A DNA stretch of 64,000 nucleotides. It comes from Bacillota bacterium (GTDB lineage: Bacteria > Bacillota > Clostridia > Christensenellales > SZUA-584). The stretch's first letter is position 1. Each line of letters begins with the position of its first letter. The notes below the pieces were generated by a model. It was not told the DNA's origin. It did not search any database and saw only the letters and a list, made by a program, of their open reading frames with translations. The translations under genes and the position numbers were made by a program. Below, in pieces: positions 28,590-38,485 of this stretch. The stretch is from the NCBI GenBank assembly GCA_023459495.1, contig JAEWTL010000038.1, positions 113,321 to 177,320 on the forward strand, read 5' to 3'.

Positions 28590-29783
28590 TTACTTAATCA
28601 GACTGAGCGCGTGCTTCAGGCTGTCGATGATATCCTCCACGTCCTCGATACCCACGGAAAGGCGTACCAGGCCGTCGTCAATGCCCATCTTCGCGCGGTC
28701 TTCGGGCTTTAGCATACCGTGCGTCATGAGCGGCGGCTGCTGAATCATGGTGTCGCAATCGCCGAGGCTGACGCAGTACTTGGCGATTTCCACGTTGTCC
28801 GAGAACGTGGTGGCGTTTTTAAGGCCGCCCTTGACGATGAACGACATCATGCCGCCGAAGCCGCTGTCGCCGAACATCCGCTTCGCAAGCTCATGATCGG
28901 GATGACTCTCGAGGCCCGGATACGCGACGCTCTCGATTTGCGGCTGCTGCTGCAGCCACTTGGCGACGGTGAGCGCGTTTGCCGAATGCTCGCGCATGCG
29001 CAGATGCAGCGTCTTCAGACCACGCAGCATCAGCCAGCAGCTGAACGGGCTGGGAACCGGGCCGAGCTCCTGATAGATGGACGCGCGGATCTTGTCCACA
29101 TAGCTTGCCTTGCCCGCGATGGCTCCGCCGATGAGGTCCCCGTGTCCGTTGATGTACTTCGTGGTGCTGTGCACAACCACGTCCACGCCATGCTCAATAG
29201 GACGGACCATGTACGGGGTCGTAAACGTGCTGTCCACGATGGAAAGCAGGTTGAACTTCTTTGCGCAGGCCGAAAAGGCATCCAGATCCAGCACCTTCAT
29301 GGTCGGGTTCGCAACGGTTTCTGCGTACAGGACCTTCGTGTTGGGTCTTATCGCTTTCTGAACCGTGGCTTCCGAGAAATCTTCCACGAACGTGACTTCG
29401 ATCTTGAACTCTTCAAATATCTGAGTAAACAGCTTGAACGAACCGCTGTAGATCGTCTTGTACGCGATTACGTGGTCGCCTGTCTGCGCCGCGTTCAGCA
29501 CGGCAAGCGAGATGGCCGCCATACCCGAAGCGGTTACAAGGCAGCGCTCCGCGCCTTCAAGGCTCGCGATCTTGGCTTGGAGGTCGTTCTGCGTTGGGTT
29601 TCTGGAACGTCCATACGTGAAGATCCCTTCCTTGTCGCCGGAAAGATAGCGATCCCGTGTTTCCGGATCCCAGCAATACGTGCTGGTCATATGCATAGGC
29701 GCCAAAAGGGCTCCCGTAGCCGGATCAATCGCCTGACCCGCATGGACCGCTCTGGTTCCAAACTTCGCATTCTCCATGTTCAT
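28590..29783 (-). CDS. Cys/Met-metabolism PLP-dependent enzyme (methionine gamma-lyase / cystathionine gamma-lyase/synthase family)
   Basis: 397 aa. FGTRAVHAG, YGRSRNPT, and the PLP-lysine motif HSTTKYINGHGD. Confidence 0.85.
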   Translation of the reverse strand: MNMENAKFGTRAVHAGQAIDPATGALLAPMHMTSTYCWDPETRDRYLSGDKEGIFTYGRSRNPTQNDLQAKIASLEGAERCLVTASGMAAISLAVLNAAQTGDHVIAYKTIYSGSFKLFTQIFEEFKIEVTFVEDFSEATVQKAIRPNTKVLYAETVANPTMKVLDLDAFSACAKKFNLLSIVDSTFTTPYMVRPIEHGVDVVVHSTTKYINGHGDLIGGAIAGKASYVDKIRASIYQELGPVPSPFSCWLMLRGLKTLHLRMREHSANALTVAKWLQQQPQIESVAYPGLESHPDHELAKRMFGDSGFGGMMSFIVKGGLKNATTFSDNVEIAKYCVSLGDCDTMIQQPPLMTHGMLKPEDRAKMGIDDGLVRLSVGIEDVEDIIDSLKHALSLIK

Positions 29784-29793
29784 TGTAAAAACC

Positions 29794-30849
29794 TCACTTA
29801 TCGTTAATTTTAATTACAACTTTAATGTGCTTCGGGCCGTTCTTGATCAGCTCTTCAAAGCCGTCCTCCACAAGCGTATCCAGCGTAACCTCACGCGTAA
29901 TCAGCTCGTCCGCATCGATAAGCCCGCGCGATATGTAATCCAACGCAACGCCGATCTCGTCGACATGTGCCTGAGAGGTATACATCTTGCGCTCGCCTTC
30001 CTGAAAGTCATTCATGGGGAACACCGGCGGCTTTTCAAATACGCCCATCACCATGAGCTTTGCACCCGGCTTCATCACGCTGATGGAGCTGTCCAGCGTA
30101 CGCTGCGAACCCACACACTCGTAAACCACGCCCGCCATCTTGCTATCCGACCATGCCGCCACGGCTTCTTTGAGATCGGTTTTCGCGACATCAATGTACG
30201 TTCCGCCGTAACGCTCGATAAGTTCCTTGCGGTCTTCGCCCACACCTCCAACCAACACCTTACCGGCTCCCGCAAGCTTTGCGGCGAGGAAGCAGCCAAG
30301 CCCGATGATCCCGGGGCCGACAACCACGACATCTTCGCCGGTGATATCGCCCATCAGCCGCGTTGAGTGAATGCCGCACGCGATGGGTTCCGCCAGCGCC
30401 GCCTGCCGAAGCGTCACGTTATCCGGGATTTTGAACAGCCTTGCGGCCTCCACCTCGACATATTCAGCAAACGCGCCGTCGAGGCCTACGCCGAGGAAAC
30501 CCAGCTTCTCGCAGACGTTGTAGCGTCCGCTGCGGCACATTTCGCATTTCCCGCAGCACAGCGTGCCGTTTGCCGTCACACGGTCCGATACCTTCCAGTC
30601 GGTGACGCCTTCGCCTATCGCGCTGATCACGCCGGAGAATTCGTGGCCGATGGTAAGCGGCGCGGTCTTTCCGGTTAAGCGGTGCGGCTTGGTGACAGGT
30701 ATAAAATTCGGGCCGGTATATTCATGGCGGTCCGTTCCGCAGATTCCAGCCCATGCGACGGCAATTACAACGTGGCCGGGCTTCGGCTGGGGAGCCGGAA
30801 CATCACTGATTCGTATATCCTTGTATCCGTGCCATACTGCAGCTTTCAT
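29794..30849 (-). CDS. Zn-dependent medium-chain dehydrogenase (butanediol/polyol dehydrogenase-like)
   Basis: 351 aa. GICGTDRHE, GHEFSG, and structural-Zn cysteines CGKCEMCRSGRYNVC. Confidence 0.85.
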   Translation of the reverse strand: MKAAVWHGYKDIRISDVPAPQPKPGHVVIAVAWAGICGTDRHEYTGPNFIPVTKPHRLTGKTAPLTIGHEFSGVISAIGEGVTDWKVSDRVTANGTLCCGKCEMCRSGRYNVCEKLGFLGVGLDGAFAEYVEVEAARLFKIPDNVTLRQAALAEPIACGIHSTRLMGDITGEDVVVVGPGIIGLGCFLAAKLAGAGKVLVGGVGEDRKELIERYGGTYIDVAKTDLKEAVAAWSDSKMAGVVYECVGSQRTLDSSISVMKPGAKLMVMGVFEKPPVFPMNDFQEGERKMYTSQAHVDEIGVALDYISRGLIDADELITREVTLDTLVEDGFEELIKNGPKHIKVVIKINDK

Positions 30850-31829
30850 CAGCAGCCTCCTTCGAAAAACAGCTTGAACAGCCTGTTCAATATATTGCTG
30901 GGCTTGGCTTCTGTGCCCGTAACAAAATCCTTGGGCAGCTTATCGGTGACGAATTTAAGCACAGCATTGATAAATGTGATGGAGGCTTCGCAAGCCGCGT
31001 CCGGATCGTCACGGTACGGGTAAATATCGAGCGAATACCAGCCATCGTAGCCCAGACGTTCCATCCAGTAGAAAAACTCGATATACTGCGCCCAGTGCAC
31101 ACTGCCCACGGGCATATCATCGTCCGCGATGCGGTAGTTATCGTTCAGATGCACATGAAAGAGCCGCTTCTGTGAATGCAGGATTGCAGCGACTTCGGCG
31201 ATGTTCTCCCCGGCGTTCATCGCATGCCCCACGTCGAGTGTAACGCCGACATTCGCACAGCCCGTAGCCTGAGACACCGCCAGCGCCATGCCTGCGTTTT
31301 TGATCATGCAGCTGAGCTTGGGTTCGGAAACCTTGTACTCCAGGCCAAGGTTCACGTTCGGGTTGTAGCTTGCGCACTCCTTAAGTGTTTCCACGAGATA
31401 ATCGTACGCTTTGACGTAATCGTTCTGAAACAGGTAATCGAACCCGTCCTGACCGAGCCACAGGCTGACGGTTTTAACACCGATGCTCTGCGCAAAATCC
31501 ATCGCCTTTTTCACAAGGCTTACCGACTTCGCCCTTCTGGCGGAGTCCATGGCGGACAGCGAACCGTCTTTCCATTCCTTATCGCAAACCAGCTCCACGC
31601 CCATGCCGATGATACTAAGGCCACCTTCTGCTAATATCGGCTTGATATTTTCGTAGGTATCTTCGTTGCAGTCGCAGGGATAGGTGATTTCCACACCGCT
31701 GATACCGCTGAGCTTGCCGATAGCGCGCAGCCGGTCTTCAAATTTCATATAGGGCTTATATCCCTCGCCGACGTAGCGGTCGGTACCCATGCCGTAATCC
31801 CAAACGCCCACGCTCAACTTGTTATTCAC
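30849..31829 (-). CDS. Xylose-isomerase-like TIM-barrel sugar (phosphate) isomerase/epimerase
   Basis: 326 aa. GLEYKVSEP, TLDVGH and HVHLNDN metal-ligand-like motifs of the AP-endonuclease-2/xylose-isomerase-like fold. Confidence 0.7.
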   Translation of the reverse strand: MNNKLSVGVWDYGMGTDRYVGEGYKPYMKFEDRLRAIGKLSGISGVEITYPCDCNEDTYENIKPILAEGGLSIIGMGVELVCDKEWKDGSLSAMDSARRAKSVSLVKKAMDFAQSIGVKTVSLWLGQDGFDYLFQNDYVKAYDYLVETLKECASYNPNVNLGLEYKVSEPKLSCMIKNAGMALAVSQATGCANVGVTLDVGHAMNAGENIAEVAAILHSQKRLFHVHLNDNYRIADDDMPVGSVHWAQYIEFFYWMERLGYDGWYSLDIYPYRDDPDAACEASITFINAVLKFVTDKLPKDFVTGTEAKPSNILNRLFKLFFEGGC

Positions 31830-31844
31830 GTAAAATCCCCCCAG

Positions 31845-33485
31845 CTATTTAATCGTTATCGAGTATGTCTTCCATCCGCCGGTCATGTTTTTGACTTTGT
31901 AGCCGTGCTGTGCAAAAATGCGTTCGGCGATATGGCCTCGCAGCCCAACCTGGCAGTACTCAATGACCTCTTTGTTTTTGTCGATCTCACCGAGCCTACC
32001 CCGAAGCTCGTCAACCGGAATATTGATGGCTCCCTCAATGTGACCGCGAGAGAACTCGTCCGGTGTCCGGACGTCAATCAGGACGGTGTTTTCCTCATCA
32101 CGGCCTGCCACATCGTTATAGTCCACAACCTCGCTTTGTCCCTCTAATATGTTCTGAGCAATATACCCCAGCATATTAACAGGATCCTTTGCAGAGGAGA
32201 ACGGCGGCGCATACGCAAGCTCAAGCTCGCACAGGTCGTAAACGGTTCCGCCCAGACGAATGACCGTTGCAATAACGTCGATGCGCTTGTCCGCACCTTC
32301 CCCGCCAACAATCTGGCAGCCAAGTATCTTTCCATCCGGCGCAAACAACAGCTTGCACGACATCTGCACCGCTCCCGGATAGTAAGTCGCATGCGAGAAC
32401 GGATGCGAATATATGGCCGTATACGGTATACCAAGCCGCTTAATGGTTCTCTCATTCGCGCCTGTAGACGCTGCAGCTAAACCAAACACCTTGATAATCG
32501 CCGTACCCTGTGTTCCGTTATAATGGCGTTCAATACCGCAGATGTTATCCGCAGCGATGCGCCCCTGCTTATTCGCGGGCCCTGCCAATGGGATCGCTGT
32601 ACGCTGGCCCGTTACAAAATCCACAACCTCAACAGCATCTCCCACCGCATATACGCCCTCTGCATTTGTCTGCATCCGGTCGTTAACAACGATGTGGCCC
32701 TTTGGCCCCAAAGCAATGCCGCTGTCCTTAAGGAATCCGGTAGCCGGAGTGACGCCGATGGCACTCAATACAAGCTCGGCTTTAATCACAGTGCCACTCT
32801 TCAGCTTAAGGGCTGCCAGTCCGTCATCCTCTTCCACAGCTTCCAGCATGTCATTCAGCACAACCTTTACGCCATGCTTCTCTAATTCTTTCTCCACCAG
32901 GATAGAGAATTCGCTGTCAAAAGGCGCGAGGATATGCGGTGCGGCTTCCACCAGGGTTACTTCTACGCCAATTTCGCGTAAATTCTCCGCGGTCTCTACA
33001 CCGATATAGCCTCCGCCAATAATTGCGGCAGACTTAATCTGGCCTTTGCCAACCTCCGCTTTAATCCTGTCCATGTCGGGTATTGTTCTCAGCGACAGCA
33101 TGCGTTCGGGGCATGTATTTTTGATCTGCGGAACGATTGGTTCTACGCCGGGCGCTAATACAAGGGTGTCGTAGCTTTCGGTGTACTCGCCCGCTTGCGC
33201 GCTGTATACTTTTACGGTCTTGGCAGCGGTATCAACACTTACAACCTTGCTGTTGGTGCGAATGTCGATGTCAAACCGGCTTTTCATAGCCGCAGGCGTC
33301 TGTACGATCAGCTTGCTGCGCTCCGTAATCGTTTCTCCGATATAATAGGGCAGACCACAGTTTGCAAACGAGATATACTCGTCTTTTTCAAACAGGATGA
33401 TCTTAGCTTCTTCATCGAGCCTTCGTAAACGTGCAGCAGCGGAAGCACCGCCCGCCACACCGCCTACAATTACTATTTTTCTCAT
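31845..33485 (-). CDS. CoA-disulfide/persulfide reductase-like FAD oxidoreductase fused to a rhodanese domain (CoADR-RHD)
   Basis: 546 aa. IVIVGGVAGGASAAARL, the active-site Cys in SFANCGLPYY, and a C-terminal rhodanese with YCQVGLRG. Confidence 0.85.
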   Translation of the reverse strand: MRKIVIVGGVAGGASAAARLRRLDEEAKIILFEKDEYISFANCGLPYYIGETITERSKLIVQTPAAMKSRFDIDIRTNSKVVSVDTAAKTVKVYSAQAGEYTESYDTLVLAPGVEPIVPQIKNTCPERMLSLRTIPDMDRIKAEVGKGQIKSAAIIGGGYIGVETAENLREIGVEVTLVEAAPHILAPFDSEFSILVEKELEKHGVKVVLNDMLEAVEEDDGLAALKLKSGTVIKAELVLSAIGVTPATGFLKDSGIALGPKGHIVVNDRMQTNAEGVYAVGDAVEVVDFVTGQRTAIPLAGPANKQGRIAADNICGIERHYNGTQGTAIIKVFGLAAASTGANERTIKRLGIPYTAIYSHPFSHATYYPGAVQMSCKLLFAPDGKILGCQIVGGEGADKRIDVIATVIRLGGTVYDLCELELAYAPPFSSAKDPVNMLGYIAQNILEGQSEVVDYNDVAGRDEENTVLIDVRTPDEFSRGHIEGAINIPVDELRGRLGEIDKNKEVIEYCQVGLRGHIAERIFAQHGYKVKNMTGGWKTYSITIK

Positions 33486-34423
33486 TTGTCTGTCCCCGCT
33501 TCTGCGGCAAGAAATCCCTCATCGTAGAGTATTTCCGCTACCCACGCAGCGCTTGTTCCCACAACAGCCGGACATTTGTCCAGCTTGTGCGCGCCTGCCA
33601 GTTCAAAGGCTTCCTTATCCTCGGGCCTTGTAATATGAAACGCGCGTCCGAAAATATCCCTATGAATGTCATGGCAAATCACACTGCCGTAGGTATCGAT
33701 AAACTTCTGGTGCAGCTTGCCGACCAGCTTTGTGCACATATCCTTTTCCTGCTTATCGCCGTCAAAGAACTCTCTCCGCCTGCCCGCAAACAGCCCCAGG
33801 GATAGAATCCCGCCGCTGTAACCGCCGCAGGCGCCGTCGCCCAGCAATCCCATCCCAGCCGCAAGCCCGTTCGCCGCGCGGAACATGACCAGATCTTCCT
33901 TGCCTGTCACATCCGATACCGCTGCCATGTGGCACTGCGCACAGCCGCGATATACTTTCTCGTAGTGGTCACCTTGGCGATACGCTTCTTTCATGAGCGC
34001 AATCTTCTCATCATTATCGATGCGAAGATCCGGAAGCGCTTCGAAAGACTCCACGATCATCTGGATCCATTCGCGCTCAAATTCGATGCCGCAGAATTTG
34101 CGCACAGCGGCTTTAATGCCATTGTCAGCAATGAAGCCCGCGACCTCACCCTGCTGCACTGCAAACCACACGGCAATCACGGTTGCAATGTAATACGGGT
34201 ACTCGCCTGCAAGGCGGACTGCCTTTGCCGCTGCCGTAAGCCTTTTTTGCAAATCCAGAGAAGCATCCGCTGTAAACAGGCCTTCTTTGTTCACCAAGAG
34301 GCTGATCTCTTCGTTCGCATGGCTCATGAGACGATCGATTGCTGTCGAGTCATATTGATCCGGCAAAAGGACAGCCTCTTGAATATCGCTCTTTATTTTT
34401 TCAACATCTGCTTTTGCAGTCAT
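33482..34423 (-). CDS. C_GCAxxG_C_C-family putative redox protein with a roughly 140-aa N-terminal extension
   Basis: The C-terminal half carries YRGCAQCHMAA, GDGACGGYSGG and YGSVICHDI in the family's order. Its stop overlaps the CoADR-RHD start as ATGA. Confidence 0.6.
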   Translation of the reverse strand: MTAKADVEKIKSDIQEAVLLPDQYDSTAIDRLMSHANEEISLLVNKEGLFTADASLDLQKRLTAAAKAVRLAGEYPYYIATVIAVWFAVQQGEVAGFIADNGIKAAVRKFCGIEFEREWIQMIVESFEALPDLRIDNDEKIALMKEAYRQGDHYEKVYRGCAQCHMAAVSDVTGKEDLVMFRAANGLAAGMGLLGDGACGGYSGGILSLGLFAGRRREFFDGDKQEKDMCTKLVGKLHQKFIDTYGSVICHDIHRDIFGRAFHITRPEDKEAFELAGAHKLDKCPAVVGTSAAWVAEILYDEGFLAAEAGTDK

Positions 34424-34446
34424 TTCTATCGAGAACCCTTCTTTAG

Positions 34447-35481
34447 CTATCTTTCAGGATCGAGCAGTACTTTCAATCCAGTCCTGTCGGAAACCGTCTT
34501 CAGCGCTTCTTCCCACTGGGTCAGCGGGAACACATGGGACACTATGGCATCCGTATTGATCTTTCCGAGCTGAACCAAACGGATGGCTTTCTCCCAGGAG
34601 GTCGGAATCTGCGCATGCGAACCATGCACGTCGAGTTCTTTCTTTTTGATATTGTGAAAATCCACCGAGATGTCAGAATTGAAAATGCCCATGGGGATAA
34701 AGGTTCCCCGGCGGGCAACGATCTCCATCGCCATCGCCACAGCCGAACGTGCGCCTGTTGCTTCCACCACAACGTCCGCGCCATAGTTCTCCGTCGCATC
34801 TTTCACGATCTTCATCACATCGTCCGTCTGCACATCGGCCACCTGATCGATTCCAAGTGAAAGCGCGATATCCAAACGCGGCTTATCCGCGGTCGTACCG
34901 CAAAGGATGACATATGCGCCCTGCGCCTTGGCAACCTGCGCCGCAAACAATCCAATGGGCCCCGGCCCAAGGATTACAACCACGCTGCCCACGTTAACGC
35001 AGGTGCGCTCGGTAAGCGCGTGCACGCCGCATGCCAGCGGCTCAATGCAGGCACCCTGATCAAACGTCAGGTCGTCCGGCAGATGCATGACGCTCTCGGC
35101 ACGATTCACAACATACTCGGCAAAACCGCCATTGGCCGCCGAGCCGATTCCCTTGCGCTCCGGGCAATGGTTCAATTCGCCCCGTCTGCAAAAGCGGCAT
35201 TTCCCGCAAACATGATAGGTGGTCTGCGTAACGACGCGCTCCCCGATTGTAAAGCCCGTTACACCTTCGCCGATCGCATCGATGACGCCCGCCACCTCGT
35301 GTCCCAAGACTACTGGCGGTTTGAGCGCGAAACCGCCCTCATTGATATACACATTATCGGTTTGGCAGATGCCTGCGCGTTTAATTTTGATCCTTACCTG
35401 GCCAGGCGCTGGCTCCGGAGTCGGTATTTCGGTAAAAATGATATTACCGGGTTCAATTTTCGTCTTTACTAATGCTCGCAT
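34447..35481 (-). CDS. Zn-dependent medium-chain dehydrogenase (sorbitol/arabinitol/threonine dehydrogenase-like)
   Basis: 344 aa. GICQTD, GHEVAG, CGKCRFCRRGELNHC, and Rossmann motif ILGPGPIG. Confidence 0.85.
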   Translation of the reverse strand: MRALVKTKIEPGNIIFTEIPTPEPAPGQVRIKIKRAGICQTDNVYINEGGFALKPPVVLGHEVAGVIDAIGEGVTGFTIGERVVTQTTYHVCGKCRFCRRGELNHCPERKGIGSAANGGFAEYVVNRAESVMHLPDDLTFDQGACIEPLACGVHALTERTCVNVGSVVVILGPGPIGLFAAQVAKAQGAYVILCGTTADKPRLDIALSLGIDQVADVQTDDVMKIVKDATENYGADVVVEATGARSAVAMAMEIVARRGTFIPMGIFNSDISVDFHNIKKKELDVHGSHAQIPTSWEKAIRLVQLGKINTDAIVSHVFPLTQWEEALKTVSDRTGLKVLLDPER

Positions 35482-35532
35482 GGTGTAGTTCCTTTCTTGT
35501 AGGGTTAAATCTTAAAACTTTCATTTTTGGCA

Positions 35533-37011
35533 TCATCGCTCAAGCGAACGCCAATTCCAAAAATCCAGCATGTTATCTTTTAAGGCAATAAACTGCTCGT
35601 ACATCGCTTCAAACTTCTCGCTCTCCGTCGGTTCGGGAATGAACACATCCGCTTCCTCGGCACACCGTATGGGATCTGGGCTCATATTGAGTCCAATCTT
35701 CACCGCTTCGACTATGCCTCTTGCCGCAAGCTCCTCATGGTTAGGCCGTACAACCTCCTTGCGCAGGGCATTTGCGATCAGCTGGCAGAGGAGATCGCTT
35801 TTGGAGCCTCCTCCGGACAGATAGACCTTACCATCGGTTTTGGGAAGCGCATTGTAGCAATCCTTGAGCGAGAGTACCATGCCTTCGTAAACTGCTCGCA
35901 TCATTTCGATGCGGGTATGACGCGCGGTCAGCCCATAGAAGCCGCCGCAGGCGAAAGAGTTCCGAAAGGGAGCCCTCTCTCCGCAAATGTATGGATGATA
36001 GATGATACCGTTGCTTCCGGTTTTAATCGTGCTGAGCTGCTGATTCAGTTCAGCGAAACTCATATCAGGCGCGAGTATCCTCTTTGCCCAGTCGATTGTG
36101 GAACTGCCGCTCAATGCCGCCATTACGCGCACGAACTTGCCGTCATACACGCTGCACAGCGCGCTGCCGTTCCGGTCATGGATATCCACCTGTGACGCGT
36201 CGATCAATATCTCGTTGCAAAGCGTCGTTCCCAGTATCGCGCAGCCGTCACCCACATGGGTCACGCCAGCGCCTAGCGTTGTAATGACCACATCGATGCC
36301 CCCCGCGATGAGCGGAACACCCTCCGGTATGCCGCTTTGCTCGCTTCCGGCTGGACTGACCGTACCGATTATATCGGTCGGGGCAATCAGGCGAGGCATC
36401 ATGGCTTTCGCTTCCGGGATGTCCAGAAAGTCAAACAGCTCCTGGACATACTCATGAGTGAACACGTTAATTCCGCAGGTTGAAAAATCCGTGTAGTCAC
36501 TCGCAATGACTCCAGTCAGCTTGAAATTGAGCCAATCTTTGCAGCGAAAGACCGTACCGAAACGCGCATACCGTTCAGGTTCTCTAAGCTTATTCCATTT
36601 TAATATCAGAGGGAAAGCACCAGCAAAAAGCGCTGTAGAGGAGTGCTTAACAAGAAGGTCGTTGAGCGCATCCTCGTTGATGCCTTCCAATACTCTGGTT
36701 CTCGTATCATTCCATAAAATTGCGTTGCCCACGGGCCGGCCCTGCTTGTCAATCGCCCACATGCCGTCGCCCTGGGCTGATATCCCGGCGCCTTCTATCT
36801 GTTTCCAGGCATCCGGGTTCCGCAATTTCAGCTGTTTCGTCAAACAGCAAAGCTTATCCCAAAGTGCATCCATATCCATCTCGGATGCGCCGTCAAACGG
36901 CATTTGCACCTCGGTTGCACAACTCTCCACGTCGAGAATCGTACCGCAGGAATCGGCCAAAACAGCCTTGACGTTGGTTGTGCCAACGTCCATTCCCAAG
37001 AGTATTGCCAT
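35533..37011 (-). CDS. FGGY-family carbohydrate kinase (xylulokinase/L-xylulose-kinase-like)
   Basis: 492 aa. N-terminus LGMDVGTTNVKAV and the FGGY C-terminal motif YLSGGGSKSDL. Confidence 0.85.
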   Translation of the reverse strand: MAILLGMDVGTTNVKAVLADSCGTILDVESCATEVQMPFDGASEMDMDALWDKLCCLTKQLKLRNPDAWKQIEGAGISAQGDGMWAIDKQGRPVGNAILWNDTRTRVLEGINEDALNDLLVKHSSTALFAGAFPLILKWNKLREPERYARFGTVFRCKDWLNFKLTGVIASDYTDFSTCGINVFTHEYVQELFDFLDIPEAKAMMPRLIAPTDIIGTVSPAGSEQSGIPEGVPLIAGGIDVVITTLGAGVTHVGDGCAILGTTLCNEILIDASQVDIHDRNGSALCSVYDGKFVRVMAALSGSSTIDWAKRILAPDMSFAELNQQLSTIKTGSNGIIYHPYICGERAPFRNSFACGGFYGLTARHTRIEMMRAVYEGMVLSLKDCYNALPKTDGKVYLSGGGSKSDLLCQLIANALRKEVVRPNHEELAARGIVEAVKIGLNMSPDPIRCAEEADVFIPEPTESEKFEAMYEQFIALKDNMLDFWNWRSLER

Positions 37012-37017
37012 TTTAAT

Positions 37018-37719
37018 TTAATCTCCCAAATACGCTTTACCTAACGAATCATCCGCGAGAATCTCTTCCCGTGTACCGGATTTTTCAATTAATCCAACCG
37101 AAAGTATGTAAGCCCGGTGGCATATCGAAAGCGCTTTGAACGCGTTCTGCTCCACGATCATGATCGCAGTTCCGGCTTTGTTGATCTCCGTAATGATCTC
37201 AAAGATCTGGTTCACGATGATCGGGGCAAGACCCAAAGACGGTTCGTCAAGCATCATCAGCTTCGGGCGGGCCATGATGCCGCGGCTGATCGCCAGCATC
37301 TGCTGCTCACCGCCGCTCAGGTGCCCTCCATACTGGTGTTCACGCTCCTTCAAACGGGGAAAAAGGGTGTACACTTTTTCGAGGTCCTCTTTTATCCCTT
37401 TTATGTCTTTCCGCAAAAAAGCGCCGACCATAAGGTTGTCGTAAACCGTAAGGTGGGTAAATATCTGCCGTCCCTCCGGAACATGTACAAGGCCCATTCC
37501 CACCACGTCGTACTCATGCTTCGGAACCGGACTCCCGAGGAATTCGATGCTGCCCGATGTCGGCTTGACCACCGAAGAAATACTCTTCAAAAGGGTGGAC
37601 TTTCCGGCACCGTTTGATCCGAGAACGGCGACCACTTCGCCTTCGTTCACTTCCAGAGAAACGCCTTTGAGCGCCTTGATTCCGCCATAGGCGGCATGCA
37701 GATCCGTGATTTTAAGCAT
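37018..37719 (-). CDS. Branched-chain-amino-acid-type ABC transporter ATP-binding protein (LivF-like)
   Basis: 233 aa. GSNGAGKST, LSGGEQQMLAISRG, MLDEPSLGLAP. Confidence 0.88.
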   Translation of the reverse strand: MLKITDLHAAYGGIKALKGVSLEVNEGEVVAVLGSNGAGKSTLLKSISSVVKPTSGSIEFLGSPVPKHEYDVVGMGLVHVPEGRQIFTHLTVYDNLMVGAFLRKDIKGIKEDLEKVYTLFPRLKEREHQYGGHLSGGEQQMLAISRGIMARPKLMMLDEPSLGLAPIIVNQIFEIITEINKAGTAIMIVEQNAFKALSICHRAYILSVGLIEKSGTREEILADDSLGKAYLGD

Positions 37720-38485
37720 GCTCTACACCTCCCAGATAAGCCTCGATTACAATCGGGTTGCTTTTTACCTCAGCAGGTGAACCCGAAGCGATGGTCTTGC
37801 CAAAATTCAGAACCGTCACGGAGTCGCAAAGGTTTGTCACAACGTCCATATGATGCTCGATCATCAGAATCGTCAGTTTAAAATGCTCCTTAATTTTCGT
37901 CACGAACTCCACCAGTTCCGCTGATTCGTCTGCATTCATGCCTGCAGCGGGTTCATCCAGCAGCAGCAGCTTAGGATTAAGCGCAATTGCCCTTGCGATT
38001 TCCAGCTTGCGCTGATGGCCATATGGCAGCTTACACGCGGTTTCGTCCCGGTTATCTTCCAGACCGACCGCTTTGAGCAGCACCATTGCCTTCTCAACGA
38101 TTTGCTTTTCTGTCCGGCGGTAGCGCGGTGTTCTCAAGAGCGCATCCAACATGTTATATTTGGCGTCCATGTTGCTGGCCAGTACCACGTTTTGCAGTAC
38201 ATTCATGTTGGAAAACAAGCGGATATTCTGGAATGTACGCCCGATACCCATCTGCGCGATGGTATGCGGTTTCTTACCGGTAATATTGTGTCCGTTAAAT
38301 GTAATGGTCCCGCTGTCAGGCGTCAAAATGCCTGTAATATTGTTGAATATTGTGGTCTTGCCCGCACCGTTAGGACCGATTAACCCATGCACTTTTCCCG
38401 GTTCAATCTGGACACTGAAATCATCGATTGCTTTAACACCGCCAAAGTTTTTGCAGACATTTTTGATCTCTAATACCGGTGTCAT
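37712..38485 (-). CDS. Branched-chain-amino-acid-type ABC transporter ATP-binding protein (LivG-like)
   Basis: 257 aa. GPNGAGKTT, LPYGHQRKLEIARA, LLDEPAAGMN. Confidence 0.88.
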   Translation of the reverse strand: MTPVLEIKNVCKNFGGVKAIDDFSVQIEPGKVHGLIGPNGAGKTTIFNNITGILTPDSGTITFNGHNITGKKPHTIAQMGIGRTFQNIRLFSNMNVLQNVVLASNMDAKYNMLDALLRTPRYRRTEKQIVEKAMVLLKAVGLEDNRDETACKLPYGHQRKLEIARAIALNPKLLLLDEPAAGMNADESAELVEFVTKIKEHFKLTILMIEHHMDVVTNLCDSVTVLNFGKTIASGSPAEVKSNPIVIEAYLGGVEHA

